Origin: Chrysomallon squamiferum
Lineage: Eukaryota; Animalia; Mollusca
Direction: 5' to 3'
Length of the DNA: 64,000 bases
Assembly: GCA_012295275.1 (NCBI GenBank)
Contig: CM022674.1
Location: forward strand, 14,508,001-14,572,000
Shown: one piece after another, positions 27,858 to 44,791 of the stretch
How the letters are laid out: the number at the start of each line of letters is the position of its first letter
How positions within the stretch are numbered: position 1 is the stretch's first letter
Translations under genes and position numbers: made by a program
The notes under the pieces: generated by a model
Told to the model about the DNA's origin: nothing
The model's database searches: none
What the model saw: the letters and a program-made list of their open reading frames with translations, nothing else

Positions 27858-28044
27858 TATATATACACTAACATTAAGATAAAAAAACAAAAGACGTATT
27901 TCGCTGTAAAGAAGTTTCAGCTCTTCAATCAATACAAACACAGGACAGACACGATTATCAATTAACACCCAGCAGCTAAATACACAACACAAAATACACA
28001 TACTTTCTTTTAAATACACAACACAAAATATATGATACATTCTA

Positions 28045-28650
28045 TCAAACACATTCTGTGAAGCATACCTCCTCCACCATTAAACAACACATTCTGTGAC
28101 ACACACCCTCCCCCACTCTATACAACACATTCTGTGACACACACCCTCCCCCACTCTATACAACACATTCTGTGACACACACCCTCCCCCACTCTATACA
28201 ACACATTCTGTGACACACACCCTCCCCCCCTCTATACAACACATTCTGTGACACACACCCTCCCCCACTCTATACAACACATTCTGTGACACACACCCTC
28301 CCCCACTCTATACAACACATTCTGTGACACACACCCCCCCCCACCCTATATAAACACATTCTGTGACACACACCCTCCCCCACCCTATAAACACATTCTG
28401 TGACACACACCCTCCCCCACCCTATAAACACATTCTGTGACACACACCCTCCCCCACTCTATACAACACATTCTGTGACACACACCCTCCCCACCCTATA
28501 CAACACATTCTGTGACACACACCCTCCCCACCCTATACAACACATTATGTGACACACACCTCCCCCACTCTATACAACACATTCTGTGACACACACCCTC
28601 CCCCACCCTATACAACACATTATGTGACACACACCCTCCCCCACCCTATA
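28045..28650. repeat. 38-bp minisatellite (acaacacattctgtgacacacaccctcccccactctat) x~15
   Basis: Directly visible. Confidence 0.9.
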
Positions 28651-29109
28651 CTGTTATATATAATATAATACAGGGTGTGTATGTATGTGATCGACAGACG
28701 AATATATATCTATATATAAATGGGTTTGCACAGTTATCATTATTAACAAGCTAATTAAGGATACTGTTAGAGAATAGATATAAATATACATATTGTTATA
28801 AAAACTGAATAATTCATGGATGTGTAGAAACAAAACATGTATACAAAGTTACAGTTCCAGATAGCACGTAATTATTTTCTGAGTCGTGTTTGTGTGAGAC
28901 GAGCTGATCGAAGCACGGACCACAGAAACGTCTTGAAAATAAAGATTTTTTGAGGGTTGAGTGTGTGTGTGTGTGTGTGAGATGTAATGTAATTATTTCT
29001 TTCCGTGTCTCATAAACACGCCAGGGGCGGAGACAGATATATTTAACAATGTGTCTTTAGCTGAAGGGAAATGAAACTTACATTTCTTTTTTTCTAAAAT
29101 TAAATTTAT

Positions 29110-29157
<48 letters not shown>

Positions 29158-29237
29158 ATATTTTCCCTCCGCTTTTTGTAAATTCTCTTCATTATTATTA
29201 TTATTATTATTATTATTTTATTATTATTATTATTATT

Positions 29238-29287
<50 letters not shown>

Positions 29288-29705
29288 TGGTTTTATTATT
29301 TATTTATTTATTTTGATTATTAGTGTCAGGTTTTGTCACAACAAGTTTATCGATTTAACCAGTTTATCAGTGTGTTATCTGTAAACACACACACACGTAC
29401 AGCTTCGATCTGAACCAAACAATTACGCATGTTTATACAAATTGCCATCATTTTGTAATTGATTATGGTGAATATACGAATAAATAAATAAATAAAATAT
29501 TGATGTACGAATGTAGCATATAATGACGTCATGGATGTGTCATGGTAACGTCACCCAGTGTAATGACGTTTGATGAGGGTGTCTGTTGTAATGACGATAT
29601 GTCTAGACTTAACTGACAACAACTATAAAATTAATATTTAAATAAATGTCACGTGTTTAAGTACAATTAATATTCAAACAAGCCTGCGGTCAAACTAAAA
29701 CACAT

Positions 29706-29787
<82 letters not shown>

Positions 29788-30232
29788 CATCTCTCTGTGT
29801 GTGTATCATATATACAATCAGATTCTCCCCCAAAGATTATAAAACGAGTAGAGTTAAATTTTATGTAAAATCAAGTTACTGAGCTACATTACACATTCTT
29901 TCCTAATAATAAAGTTTCTTTCCAGATCAATATGTCTGTATTTATATGTATCTGTATCTGTATGTGCCTGTGTGTATTTATTAATATTCGTTTTCACTGA
30001 ATACATAAGCAGCTTCATTGTGTAGTACATGTTGAACCTCTGACCCGCTGTCTGTCTGTCAAAGTTTCAGGAAGTCGAGTCTAAACTTTCTTTTCTTCAG
30101 GCAGCCTGTCTCACAGATGTGGGGATGTAAAGTATTTTGTGTAGAGCAGATTTCTGTCTGACTCTGGATAACTCAAATATAAATCTAAAACCAGAAAGGA
30201 AAGATAAGAAAAGAACAAAACACGTACATTAG

Positions 30233-30267
<35 letters not shown>

Positions 30268-30529
30268 GACAAAACTCTCACAGAAACGTAAATGCACGCT
30301 CACACACACACGTACAGCTTAAACCTCGAACTGAAAAACGTTTATCATTTAAGTGATTACAATCTCAGCCAAAAATCACGAAAAAAGAGTAAAATGAAGA
30401 AAGAAAGAATCAGAGAAATATTCAAAGAAGAGTGAAAATGACAAAACATAAAACGCAATAAGTTTTGACTTTTATCCTAATTTCGAGTGTATCCTTTTAC
30501 TTCTTCTTTTTCTTTCTTTTTAACTTTTT

Positions 30530-30573
<44 letters not shown>

Positions 30574-31057
30574 TCATTCATTCTTTCTTTCTTTTATTTT
30601 TATTTTTTATTTTATTTTATTTTATTTTATTTCTTTATTTTTTTATCTAATTAAATCTGTGAACATTGATTCGTCACGTCTCGACAATTTCCGTTCAATC
30701 TAATATTCATGCGACCTTTGATCTCTGACCCTAGACCTGCTCTACTCTGAATGTAATCATCGTAAATCTAATTGTCAGGGTGACGTCACGTGTGTGGTAG
30801 TCGAATAGAGCAGACTTTGTCGGTAATTATCTTTATAAGCCCTTTGGGAGACAGATCTTGCCAATTACAGCACAGTTTTTTTATTTATTGTGTTAATTCA
30901 GAAGCAGACGACTGAGTGACAACAGGATCAAATCTCAGCAGCGAACTTTGAGCTAAAATAGTTTAAAACTTGGTACTTTTTTTTTGTCCATTTAGAGATA
31001 ATTTAATTAATACTGATGATGATGATGATGAAGATTATAATAATGATGATGATGATG

Positions 31058-31121
<64 letters not shown>

Positions 31122-33187
31122 GAAGAAGAAAGGGTAATAGTAGAGGATAAAGAAAAAAACTCACCGACAACAACAGTGAGAACATATCTACTGAAGTTGG
31201 TTTTACATGTTACTGACAAAAAAAAAAAAAAAAGAAAAAAAAAAAAAAGGGAAAATAAATTTATTTTAGACTGGCTCAAGGCTGCTTTCACTGACGTGTT
31301 TTTATGATCGAAGACAAAAATAAATCTTTGAAACCTTCACGTAAAAAACAAAAACATGTTCCATGTATGAAATAAACACACATAATATATACACACACAT
31401 AATACGTAGACACACGCACATACACAAGCACACAGGCACGCACACAAATACACAGCACACATAGGTCACATTACTTCTATTACTGCATCTACTACGACCA
31501 CTGCAAACACTGCCACTGCTACTGCACATGTTACTATTAATATCATTATTTTAATACCACAGTATTTTCGATCACATTACAGTGTTTGTGTTGCTATTAT
31601 TGCTGTTTATTACTCGATAACAAAATTAATACGAACGTTATTGCTAAAATTATTGACTTCACTGTAAATAACTGAACGTCAGATCCATGTTATTATTGGA
31701 TTCATCACCCTTCAAAAAGCCCAGATTTATTATCTTTATTTTTTATTTTATTTTTTTTAATTAGCAGCGACCATTCGAAGATAAATGATGTTTATTCAGA
31801 CCTCGAATGTGTATTTTAGAAACCGTTCCAGGCAGCGGCCGCCATTGGTCGATCGACTGGTTCAGATCGCAGCGTATCGGCGAAGCGAAACAAATGAGCA
31901 GTTCAGTCTAAAATTACGTATAAAATTCGGACGTGTTGAGAGACGAAACGAAATTGACCAAGTTAAAAATGGACTGGAACACGATATGGAAATCAGCTGG
32001 TGAGTTCAACGTGCGGTGTGAAGTGTGATTAGTCTCTCTGCCTCTGTTTCAGTTTAAATCGTTTAGATAATTGCGAAGCAAGCTCTAATTGTCTCGTTTC
32101 ATTCATCTCCGTCTACCGAATCCTGTCTCTTATCAGACCTAACCGAAAAACAAGTACAAGTACTTTTACACGCTTTAATGTCTGTTTGTGTGTTTTTAAA
32201 ACTCTTTTTAATTTTTTTTTTTTTTTTTTTAACGCTCTCACTTTGTCTTTCTGTATGTTTGTCTGCCTCTCAGTCTATGTCTCTGTCTTTTTTATCTATA
32301 ATGGTCAACATCTGCTTTTCTCTCTATCTTTCTCTTTCTCAAACACAAACCCACAAATGTAACTCACATACACGTGTACAAAACAACAACAACAGGGTTG
32401 TTTTTCTTTCTAATTTGTATGACGTTCAGCGTTGAGAAAAAGCCTCGTGTTTTGAAAAGTGTGCACATTATTTAGGAAACGTCAATTAACAAGTAAAATT
32501 GCTTAAACCGAGAGAATCCAAAGTTAGTCTAACGAACTACCCGGAAGTACTTAGTCTCGATATACAAAGCCAAAGAAAGTCTTTCTTGACGCCGTAAAGG
32601 CAACACGGGACTCTCGACTTCCGTCGAACTTGATGCCTGCACAAACAGGAGGAAATTACATCAGAAGAGAGTGTATTCAAACTGGTAACTATGGGAGAGA
32701 AAACCAGGAGCTCTCTAATGTACCGCTTGTCACGAACGTGTCACGTGTACCAGTCTGTCTCGAGAGGTCGTGTCAGTGGACGAGAGAGCGTACAGCAATA
32801 AAAATAAGTAAATAAATAAGTAAGTAAATAAGTAAGTAAGTAAGTAAGTAAATACTTAAATAAATAAAATTAAACAAATAAGAGCCATATAATTAGTTAT
32901 AGAACATATTAAAACTGTTTATTATAAAATGACAGTACGCTTAATTAAAATGTTACTGTATGCTACAAAATATATAGTAATCTAGCTAACAACAACAACA
33001 AATACTACTACTACTACTTGTATCATTACTGCTAATACTATTTACAGTAACAGTAGTACTTGTAGTAGTGGTATAGCAGTAGTAATAATAATGATGATGA
33101 TCATGGTAATAAATAAAAACAACAACAACAATAATAATAATAATAATAAACAGCAATCGTGAAAGTTATGAAGACATTCATAGTCAT

Positions 33188-33220
<33 letters not shown>

Positions 33221-34792
33221 GAGAACGACATCGATGATAATACGGAATCAGTACAGATCAATAATTCAATAATGCTATCTGTAGCTAAAGAGACAAAAGA
33301 AAGGCGCTGGTTGTGTTAGGTTGTGGCTAATTGTACGAAGCCGTACCGCGTGATCCCGAAGTGTGAGAATGTCGGTCAGAACGCGGCGAAACTTTCTGTC
33401 TAACTGAAAAATGAAATAGATTTGTAGAAAACATGTCAGCCGCGCTGTTGTAAGAAATATTAACTGTGTGTGTTTGTACAGCTAGATGTGTATGTAGAAC
33501 GTTCACATATACACATACAGAGATAAGTAATAAGGAGTTGTGTAGTTGTAGTAGTAGTAGTAGTAGTTGTAATACGGCTAACAGTATTAATATTATGATT
33601 AGCTGGGTTTTAGTAGCAGCAGCAGTAGTAGTGATGGTAGTGGTTGTGGTAGTTGTAATAATGGTAGTATCAGTAATAACAACAGCAGCGGTTGTAATAG
33701 TTATAACTGCTGTTGCCGTAGTGGTAGTAGTTGTTGTAATAGTTGTTGCTATTGTGATGGTTGTGACGATGGTGGGACTAGTAGATGCAGTCATACTCGT
33801 TGTAATAATAGCAGCAGCAGAAGCAACAGTAGTGCTATTATAGTAGTAGACGTAGTCGCGTATTGGTTGTAACGGTGGTAGTAGTGACAGTAGTAAGTGG
33901 ATGATTACGTGTGTGTACACATTTTGCATTTAACAAAACAAACACAAAAGTCTTTGATCGCTACTTGGATTATTCCGGATTTCCGCACCTAATGAGAAAA
34001 AAAAAAAAATAACCAATCAGAATCACAGATTGAACGTACTTCCTGTTTCGATCAATCCCCAAGGTCGAGGTCTTGTTTGTGTCCCGGGGGTGAAATGTAT
34101 CTGATAAAACATGAACGCGAATCTGCCACGATCGTGAGAGCGTTTTTGTCTGCTGACCGTCTGCAAATACCAGAAAATGTCTTCATTGTGTTTCGTTTCA
34201 TACTTCGACTTAGCAGAGTAATTTGCTTGACATTTGCACAGTCCTTTTATTATTATTTTTTTTTATTTTAGATTTTTTTTTTTTTTTTTTCTTTAATAGA
34301 CTTTTTTATATATATTATAACTGATGAATTAGGCAGAGATAAAATAAAATGTTTTACGAATGTTTCCTTAATTTGTAATTGTATAAAATTCACTTTAGGT
34401 CATACATTTCTTCATTAAACATTTCAGTGCGCTGTCATGTCGTGGTAATGAAAAGAGGAAATTGCGAATTATTCTCAGTCAAATAAATTTAACTTTTGAT
34501 CTTTACATTCCAGTCTCGGAAGCAGTTTAATAAAGTGAAATGTTTTTTTGTTGTTTTTTTTTACAATGAAATGAATGCCATTTTAATCAGGAAATTAAAA
34601 AATAATAATAATAGCCCCCTCTGTCCCCCTCCAAAAAAAAAAAAAAAAATATGAATACTGCTTAAGTAAATTCAAGATGGCGGTTACGTTCACCAAAACA
34701 TGTTCATATTTCCATTTTGTTATATGTAAATAACCAGTATTAACCACAGTCAACAACAACAGCAATAGTAATAATAATAAGAAGAATAATAA

Positions 34793-34823
<31 letters not shown>

Positions 34824-36273
34824 AAATAGAGAAAGAAGAATAATGTTAATGGTTTTATTATTATTATTGTTATTATTATTATTATTATTAGTAGTAGTAG
34901 TAGTAGTAGTAGTAGTAGCAGTGGTAGCAGTAGTAGTAGTAGTAAGAATAACAATATCGTACCTTAATAGAAAAGTGAAGACTAAGTGGATGAATATTGT
35001 TGTCAGCTATGACGTATCAACTTTGTTTATTCGCTATTCGGAACTACTCGGGTAATTCCGGCTGTCATTGACTTTTTACTTCACGGATAAAAATAACAGA
35101 TACACAAACAAATCAGTAAATAACTTAAAATGAAGATGAGGATGAATCTGAGAAGAAGAAGAAGGTTTTCATAACTTACTTGTAGGAAAGAGAAAACCTA
35201 CATAACAAAGACTGCTTGTCAACGATGACGTTTTAATATTGATGACGTCATTTTGTCATTCGGAACTATTCGGTTCTTGCTTTGTATTTCACTTACCGAA
35301 ATAATAATAATAATAAGAAGAAGAAGAAGAAGAAGAAGAAATATTGTTAGATGAAAGAAAACAAAGAATGACGGAAATTAACAAAATGTTTTTGATTCGA
35401 AGTAGCGCTCGGTTTTTATATAAAAAACTAATAAACATGGATTTGAAGTGTAACGCTGGAAACGCCCTGTCCTAATTACGAATCAACTAATGCACTTTTC
35501 GTGTTCCCAGGCTCACTAGCTGTCTGTTAATTCAGTAAGTCTACTCCGGATACTTATTTATCTACAATGACCAGCCGGAGAGAAAAACAAATTCGTTTTG
35601 TTCTTGCTTGTTGAAGTCTGTCAGCGGTCACTAGCTGAGTCACGTGCTATGTCCAATACACTTGTACTTTCACCAATCACTGCACAGTAAACAGTTCTAA
35701 AACTAAACTCGTCTGCTCCTGTCAGTGTTTATTAGATGAAAAGACAGAAGCCGGAAAAAAGTAAATTTATGTGCGGACATTAGCTCGAGTTTAAACTTTC
35801 GAGCTTCTTCATTTAATCATCGATTTGTTGTCGTAACAAGGTCGTGGTCAGTGCCGGAGGAAATAAAATTTTAAACTGGATTAAAAAGGAAAAAAATGAA
35901 TTAAAATGGCCGGCGGAGAATAGACGACACAGAATTGACTTTTAGTTTGAGCAAAACAACGACAAGATGATGACAACAACAGTGACAACAAGTACAAGTA
36001 CGACAACAGCAGCGACGACAATAGTGACAATAGCAACATCGACAACAATGATAATAATAAGACAAAATATAACACAAAAACAACGACAACAACGACAACA
36101 CCAATAGCAACAGTCTCAACAATACGAGAAAAGCAACAATAACGACAGCGACAATTAAAATAATTCCTAAACCGATACAGTCATCAGCAACTTAATTATT
36201 TTTCTTTATTGTTTTATTATTATTTTATTGCTATTATTGTTGTTGTTATTATTATTATTACTATTATTATTAC

Positions 36274-36331
<58 letters not shown>

Positions 36332-37014
36332 GTTATTATATTATTATTGTTATTATTGTTACTATTATTGTTACTATTATTAATATTATTGTTATTATTA
36401 TTATTATCATCATAATCATCATCATCATTATTTTAATCGAAGTTGGGCAGGGAGGTTTGAATAGTATTTTAATTTAATTAATTTCAAATTAAGCTCTTCT
36501 TCTTATCAGTTTCATCCGATAACATGAAATTGCCTGTTAACAATTCACGACACAAAACACTGTACAACCCGAAACCAACCCGCCACCTCGGCCCAGCCAG
36601 TCGACATTTCTTAATTTCTGAATGAATGCAAACTTGTACAATATGAAAAGTAATTTTTCACACATTTGTAAAGATTTATTTTAATCTAGACCGCAGTATT
36701 TGTTAATAATTTTGCGCTGATGTTAATACCTCCAGTAAGCTGTATGTAATGACTAACTGCGAGTAATTAATCAGTTAGTTACGTAGAAAATTAAATTCTT
36801 ATTTGAATGGTTTTAAATAGTATTAAAATTTTCGAGGATTTTTCTTAAATTTTAAGTGGTTTTTTGTTTGTTTGTTTTTCTTCGTGTGTAAAACTTCAAA
36901 ATTAGGTTGAAGATTAATTTTTAATTTTGTTTTCGATTTGTTTATAATTTTGTATTGTTGTTTTTTAACATTCAGTAAAATGTAAATATATCGATACGCA
37001 CGAACATTCTAATA

Positions 37015-37290
37015 ACACAAAGCTGTACCTGTTGTTCATTAAACACATATACATAGACACACACACATACACAGAAACACACACATACATAGACACAAAG
37101 CTGTACCTGTTGTTCATTAAACACATATACATAGACACACACACATACACAGAAACACACACATACATAGACACAAAGCTGTACCTGTTGTTCATTAAAC
37201 CTGAATACTGTTTGTGTGTACAGAGGCACAAACACATAAAAACACAGATAGACACATACAAACACAAAGCTGTATTTGTCGTTCATTAAA
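37015..37290. repeat. ~78-bp tandem repeat with CA-rich filler x~3.5
   Basis: acacaaagctgtacctgttgttcattaaac repeated. Confidence 0.75.
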
Positions 37291-38270
37291 CTGGATACTG
37301 TTTGTATATACAACGACACAAACACATACATAGACACACACACATACATATACACACACATATACAAAGACACACACATATACATAGACACACACACATA
37401 CATAGACACACACATACAAAGACACACACATATACATAGACGCACACATACATTGACACACACATACATAGACACAAAGCATTGTAAGACCTCGTGCACA
37501 GTTTAGAAACAAAAAAATAATAATTGTTATGTTGTCAAGAAAATCATGGAAAATAGACACACTGGACTAAATTATGTTATTATTTGGCTAAATTGGAAGA
37601 CAAAAGATGCAGAAAACGCAAAAAACAGATTTCACTTATCTTGTTTAGGTTTGGAAATATGCAACTTTGAGTGATTACATAATCGATCATCCACTTTGAG
37701 AAATACATCAAAGTTGAGCCACAGTTTTGTAGAGCAATTGTTTGCTATCAAAATAACACGCAGCATTCGTAAAAGAAACTTTCAGATTTAAATATGCAGT
37801 TCAAAATAACAAGCAAGACTAACAGAAGTAAAAGAAACTGTCAATTTCAAATTCACAATTGTTATAAAATATAGAAACCAGGTTAAATGTGTTGTTAAAC
37901 TACATATGACTTGAAAATGTTTACTTTCTGTCACAAACTGGCTAAATAAAGTGAGAAATCTTCCGTGGTGTCGCATTATAATGTGTAGGTGGAGAACAAA
38001 ACTATATATATTAATTATACATATATTAGTTATATACATAGCACACCCACGCACGCACGCACGCACGCACGCATACACACACACTCACACATGTATTGAA
38101 ACATTCATTGTGACTTATTTATGATTTACGCACGACCAATACAACTTTTCTTGACTCGCCCAGAGCAAAATGTTGTAAACACACTCATAAACAGTACAAA
38201 AATATTTCAACAGTTTTGTGTGAGTTTTTACTCTGCTAGAAATATCACCCGATATCATAATGTACGAAAG

Positions 38271-38330
<60 letters not shown>

Positions 38331-38398
38331 TTGTTGTTGTTGTTTATTTTGTTTTATTACTTTATTTTATTTTTTTATTTTATTTTATTTTATTTTAT

Positions 38399-38438
<40 letters not shown>

Positions 38439-39254
38439 TTTTGTCTACAAATAGAAAAAAAATCATAATACAACTTTTCTGTTTCAAATCAGCAGTCGTC
38501 ACTTCCGCATTCATTTGTTCTGTGTGTTGTCGTCGTTGTCGTTCTGATACAACTCTGCGCTGACGTTACACGCTGTTGGGTAAGCTCTCGTCATTACCGG
38601 ATTAAAACAGTTTGTGCCAGACTACGATTAGCGCGCTGACAGTCAGCTGGGAGTGAAAACGAGGCAATACGCTAGAGAGACGTTTCCATCAACGGAAAGC
38701 ATCCACAGCGAATAATGAACAGAACGTTTTTTACGCTTAGTTTTGTTAATAACATTTTTTATATATGTTTTTTTTTTTTTTTTTTTTTTTTCTAAGTGAT
38801 AACGGTCACGAGTTAGGTTAATGCAAACTGTGGCAAAGCAAATTGAAAAAGATAAAATCAACGTAAATATGTGATTTTATACGTCAGCGCATGCGTGTAC
38901 GCACACAAACATACAGACTCAGGCACAGACAAGATACGTTTACAAACACAAAAAAAACAACTCTCTTTCACAATGTCACATTTTGCAGTTGCTGTTGATG
39001 TTGTTAGTGACAGAAAATTCACGTGTCTAGAGAGACAAGTGTTTAAAAATTAACTTTAAAATCAGAATTTTTCTGGAAAGATGGTCAAAACATGCAGTAA
39101 ATGTCAACTGAAATGTGTGTGTGTGTGTATGTATGTGTGTATGTATGTACGTGTATGTGTGTGTGTGTATGTATGTACGTGTATGTGTGTATGTGTGTGT
39201 GTGTATGTATGTACGTGTATGTGTTTGTGCTTTTTATAAGACGGATTAAAGGTA

Positions 39255-40575
39255 AATATATTTCAGTACACCTGTGATATTCTAAATGGAAATCAAGAGG
39301 ATTACGAACATTAGACATTAAAAGTGTTTACTAAATAATATTTGTAATCAGAACTAAATAATCTTCTTGTAGTAGAGATAAACAACAAAAATAAAAAAAT
39401 AAAAAAATAAAATAAAATAAAATAAAATAAATTAAAACAAAATAAAATAAAATAAATACACAAAGTATAATATATATTTATTTATATACTGTTGTGGTTC
39501 TGTTTCTTCGACTAGTATTTCAGCTATTACTACTAATACTGTTGTATGAAATTTCACTTTGAATTTTATACATAAATACATATATTGTTTAACATTATTG
39601 GTTGTTATGGATGAAACGTCACGTTTTCGTGTGAAATATAAACACACCAGAACACAGGAAGAAAAAAAAAGTAGGGAAGAAAGAATAGAATAAAATAAAA
39701 TAAAATAAAATAAAATAAATAAAAAAAGGAAAGGGAAAAATAAATGAAGAAATTTAATAAATAAAAAAGAATGAAAGAAAGAAGAATGAAAGTTGAAATA
39801 TTTGGATTGTATAACATATAGAAATCCTTTGATTAGTTTTGTCTGTCCTGTTTCTCACTATTGTATACAGATATAAATCTCACAACAGACTTTATTGTCA
39901 GTGTTTAATATCCGACGTCGTTGTTTATTTCAGCACACAGATCTCTGTCCCGGGTTTTAACTAATCAGTGTAAACCGGTAATTAATTTCACAGCTAAAGA
40001 GTTCATTTCAGTCGGTTAAATAAACTCGGAACACGACGAAACACGAAACTGCCCGATCGCGCAGTTCGGCTAACGAAATGAACGTTGACGAAGAATGGCG
40101 AAAACGATCGATGCGGTGTTTGTCATGAAAAACAGGCGATATTACTTAATTAACGTCTCGGTTGTCTTACAAACAATACACCCTGTTGTTCTGGAGGGGA
40201 GTGATGGGGTCGTCTGTCTCACGGGCGGATTAAGGTGGAACACACGCACAACAGTAGTTTTATCTTGTAACACGGAGTAAAGAGTTTCTGTATACCTCAG
40301 TACACGTGATATATTCCAAATGGCGAATTCCATTCAAAATAGAAATCAAGAGGATTACGAACATTAGACACTAGAAGTGTTTACTAAATAATGTTTGTTT
40401 TCAGAACTAAGTAATCATTTTGTAGTCGCAGAGGAAATAATATAAAATAAATAAAAAAAATATATATATAACAAAACAAAAAAATAATAATAATAATAAT
40501 AAAAATATATATATACTGTTGTGCTTCTAATACTACTACCAATACTTCGACTATTACTACTAATACTGTTACCAC
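39255..40575. repeat. Diverged ~300-bp direct duplication (39255-39545 and 40290-40575)
   Basis: Shared blocks gaaatcaagaggattacgaacattagaca, gtgtttactaaataat and ctattactactaatactgtt in the same order. Confidence 0.8.
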
Positions 40576-40679
40576 TAACAGTAATGGAAATAACAGAAGA
40601 AGTCACTGTTGTAGTAGATGTAGCAATTACTAGCGTAGTTGTAAGAGTAATGGTAGTGGTAATAGTAATATAATATAGC

Positions 40680-40841
40680 AGCAATAATAGTACTAGTAGT
40701 AATGGTGATATTTGTAGTAGTAGTAGAAGCAGTTGTAGTCGTTGTAATAGTAGTTGTAGTAGTAGCTGTGGTAGTAGTACAAATAGTAGTAGAAGCAGTA
40801 ATAGTAGTAACAGTAGTATTAGTAGTAGCAGTAGTAGTAGC

Positions 40842-40924
<83 letters not shown>

Positions 40925-40973
40925 CAGCAGCAGTAGTAGTAGCAGCAGTAGTAGTAGTAGTAGTAGTAGCAGC

Positions 40974-41008
<35 letters not shown>

Positions 41009-41035
41009 CAGTAGTAGTAGTAGTATTATTAGTAA
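40680..41035. repeat. (AGT)n/(AGC)n trinucleotide microsatellite
   Basis: Directly visible; produces the poly-V/poly-T ORFs. Confidence 0.9.
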
Positions 41036-42011
41036 TAAAATTAAAACAAAATAAAGAACAATACAAGAAGCATCAACTGTTCAAGGAAATTCTAAATAAC
41101 ACTCCCCCACCCGTCACCTTTCAGTCCCCACCCGTCACTTTCCAGTCCCCACCCGTCACATTTCGGTCCCCGCCCCGGGTGTCATCTTCATCTGATTACC
41201 TGTCGTGTAGAGACAGGATCCGTCGCTTGTTATGGGTCTGTGCAGCAGTCTGTGAGAATTAATAAAATTTAGTGAACACAGATTGAGTTGAGTTGGGTTT
41301 GCGTCACGTTCTGTCTCTCGTCAGTCGAGTTTTAATGATGAGTTTTGTCATGATCCGCACATCTTCATTTCTCATCTGACTGTCCTTTTGTCTGTTTGTC
41401 GCTTTGATGTGAGAGTCAGCGTGTGCGTCCTCCCAATGAAAACAGATTTGAAAAAAAAAATGATGAGATTTTTGTTCTCGAAAGATCTTACTGTTGTTAA
41501 AAAAGAGGACATACGAAATACAGGACAGACCTACTCATGAACAGGTAAATAGATTGACTGATAGACAGACAGACGGACAAACAGACTTACAAATACATAG
41601 ACAGAGAGCTATATGGATAAAAAAATATACACACACGTACACGCATACATTCATACATCCATACATACATACGTACATACGTTATTCACATACACACATA
41701 TACACACACATATACACATACATACATACATAGACATATACAAAATACATTTATCTGTGAATATAACGAGTTGTTTGTTAGTGAGAATGCAGAGACGTAC
41801 AGATACAGCCTACGTCACCCACGTGTTTGATGCGCAGGTTTTTGTGTGGCTACTCGGATCTGGTTGAGATAAAAACTGGTTAATTACACAGTTTAGCTGC
41901 AAGGTTGATCTAATTATCAGTGCATTGTGTTACAGAAAAACACACAGAAACCCGCACTCGCCTAGCGTCCGCTTTTGTTAGTTAGAGACTTCTTGTCGTT
42001 GATCTCTGTAA

Positions 42012-42692
<681 letters not shown>

Positions 42693-43843
42693 TGTGAATA
42701 ACGTAAGTACATATTAATGTACGTATACATTCCTCTTAGTAATTTGTTATTATAGTCACACACACTCATGCTCGGATGCACGCACGCCCACTCTCAAACA
42801 CATTCATACACACATATATAATTATATGCAGATATATAGTTTAGAATTATGACCTGTTGTACGTCACTGTGTGTGTGTGACCTGTGTTGTGTGTAAGAGG
42901 TCAGAGAGTGAAGAAGAAAACTAGATTAGAAATGTCAAAAAAACCAAGATGCGGATTGACTTGGCGAATTTGTTCTAACATTATCATGCATGTTCTTTGA
43001 CTGCTGCAGAAAATGAAACTCTTAATCGACTCTGGGATGAAAGGGGTCGTTGTTGTCGCGCACGCTGACTGATTGCTTTTATGCATCAAGAGCTGTCGTC
43101 TAAAGAAAAGATGTCGTATGCTGACGGTTAAGCCGGGCCCTGAATGGACGTGTGAAGCTCTCAGTGTGGCACTTGCTACCTTACACTGATAATTGCTCTG
43201 CGCCGTTGTAAGGTATTAAACCCCAGTAATTCTTGTCAGTCGATCTAATTTAGCATTCAGTAGATATAACTTAATTAGAGATTGCTTTTTATCGTTTCAG
43301 TCTGGGAAATGGAAGCCCGGTATTTCGACAAGCAATTCGTGTTTACTCGGATCGGTTCAGCGCAAACACGCGCGACTCTCAGCGTCCTCCGCCAACAGAA
43401 CCGAGTTGAAACGAGTAACTGACGTTCAGTGACGTTAAATCTCTCGACAAACAAATCGCGAGATGAGAGGACGAACATTTAGAGTGACACGAGTTAACAA
43501 GTCAAGTGTCGAGTAAGAAAGTTTACTTCTCTTCTTAAAAAAATAAATAAAAAAGAAAATTAAAATAAAATCTTGATGAGAAATGCCTCAGTGAAAAGAA
43601 AGTTGACAGTGAGAGCGCTTTTACTGAACGTGGCCGATAATGTGAGCAAGCAGAAGTTTTTAAAGTAATGAAGAATGAATGAATGAATGGATGAATGAAT
43701 GAATGGATGATGAACGAATCAATCAACAGTTAATAAGAAAAATTATTTTTATTTTCAAATAGGAAATTCGTAGCAGACGTTCCTTTATCAGTTAACACAA
43801 AGAAAAACATACACACACACATACGCACGTACATGCGCGCGCA

Positions 43844-43887
<44 letters not shown>

Positions 43888-43924
43888 TAAATATACAAAT
43901 CTGTTTTAAGATTGTTTTGATAAT

Positions 43925-43985
43925 CGAACCGTAACGTCGTCTGACTTCAGACTGCGAGTGATTGGGTTCGAGTCTCGTCAGCGGA
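43925..43985 (+). mobile_element. tRNA-derived SINE head remnant (Pol III B box)
   Basis: cgtctgacttcagactgcgagtgattGGGTTCGAGTCTCG resembles the anticodon arm plus T-arm/B box of a tRNA; no full cloverleaf or acceptor stem. Confidence 0.35.
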
Positions 43986-44326
43986 TGTTACAGGTTTGTG
44001 AAGTCGTGATTGGACTTTGTCCTCCTGTGTCAGTGCGTTCCCGAATATTCAGACGTACAGAATACAGAAAATATAATATTTGTAATAATAGTTTTTTTTT
44101 TACTGGTAGAAAAGACGAAGATTAGAATAATTGTTTGTTATGACAGCCAGATCTCTCAGAGATCTTTCTGTGATTTTCCTGTCTGTGGGAGGGTGTATAA
44201 AAAAGACAGATCTTGCAGCTATCGTAATCAGTTAGTTGTTTAACGAATTTTCTGTTTCTTCAGTGTTTTAAATAGATGCAGATAAACAGATATAGATAGA
44301 CAGACAGATATATAGATATAGGTATA

Positions 44327-44366
<40 letters not shown>

Positions 44367-44791
44367 TAGATAGATAGATAGATAGATAGATAGGTAGGTA
44401 GGTAGGTAGGTAGGTAGGTAGGTAGGTATGTAGGTAGAGATATAGATTAGAGATATAGATTATAAATATAGATTATAAATATAGATATCACTGATATCTG
44501 ACACAAATTAAACAAAAACGTGTTTTCTTATCGTTTTAGATTTGTATTTAATGAGAATGGTTTGGGGGTTGGGAAACTGAGGTCACGTGACGGAGGGTGT
44601 AGGGAACTGATGACAGTCTGTAGTGCGGGGTTAAACAAACTGTTTCTTTAAATAACAGCTGAGGGCGGACATTCGATCAAAGAAATTATATTTTCAAAGT
44701 AACATGACACACCTCGTGATCGATCAGGGCAGTCACGTGATCAGCAACACGGAGCTTTGTTTATTCATTAACGTGAAGATCGGTGCCGATA

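Noticed and set aside
41180-41272. Possible Ig pseudo-exon (ITCRVETGS...)
   Set aside because: No Trp or DxGxYxC motif, no convincing splice sites and an early stop.
43925-43985. Functional tRNA gene
   Set aside because: Only a B-box/T-arm-like part is present, with no acceptor stem or D arm; kept as a low-confidence SINE remnant.
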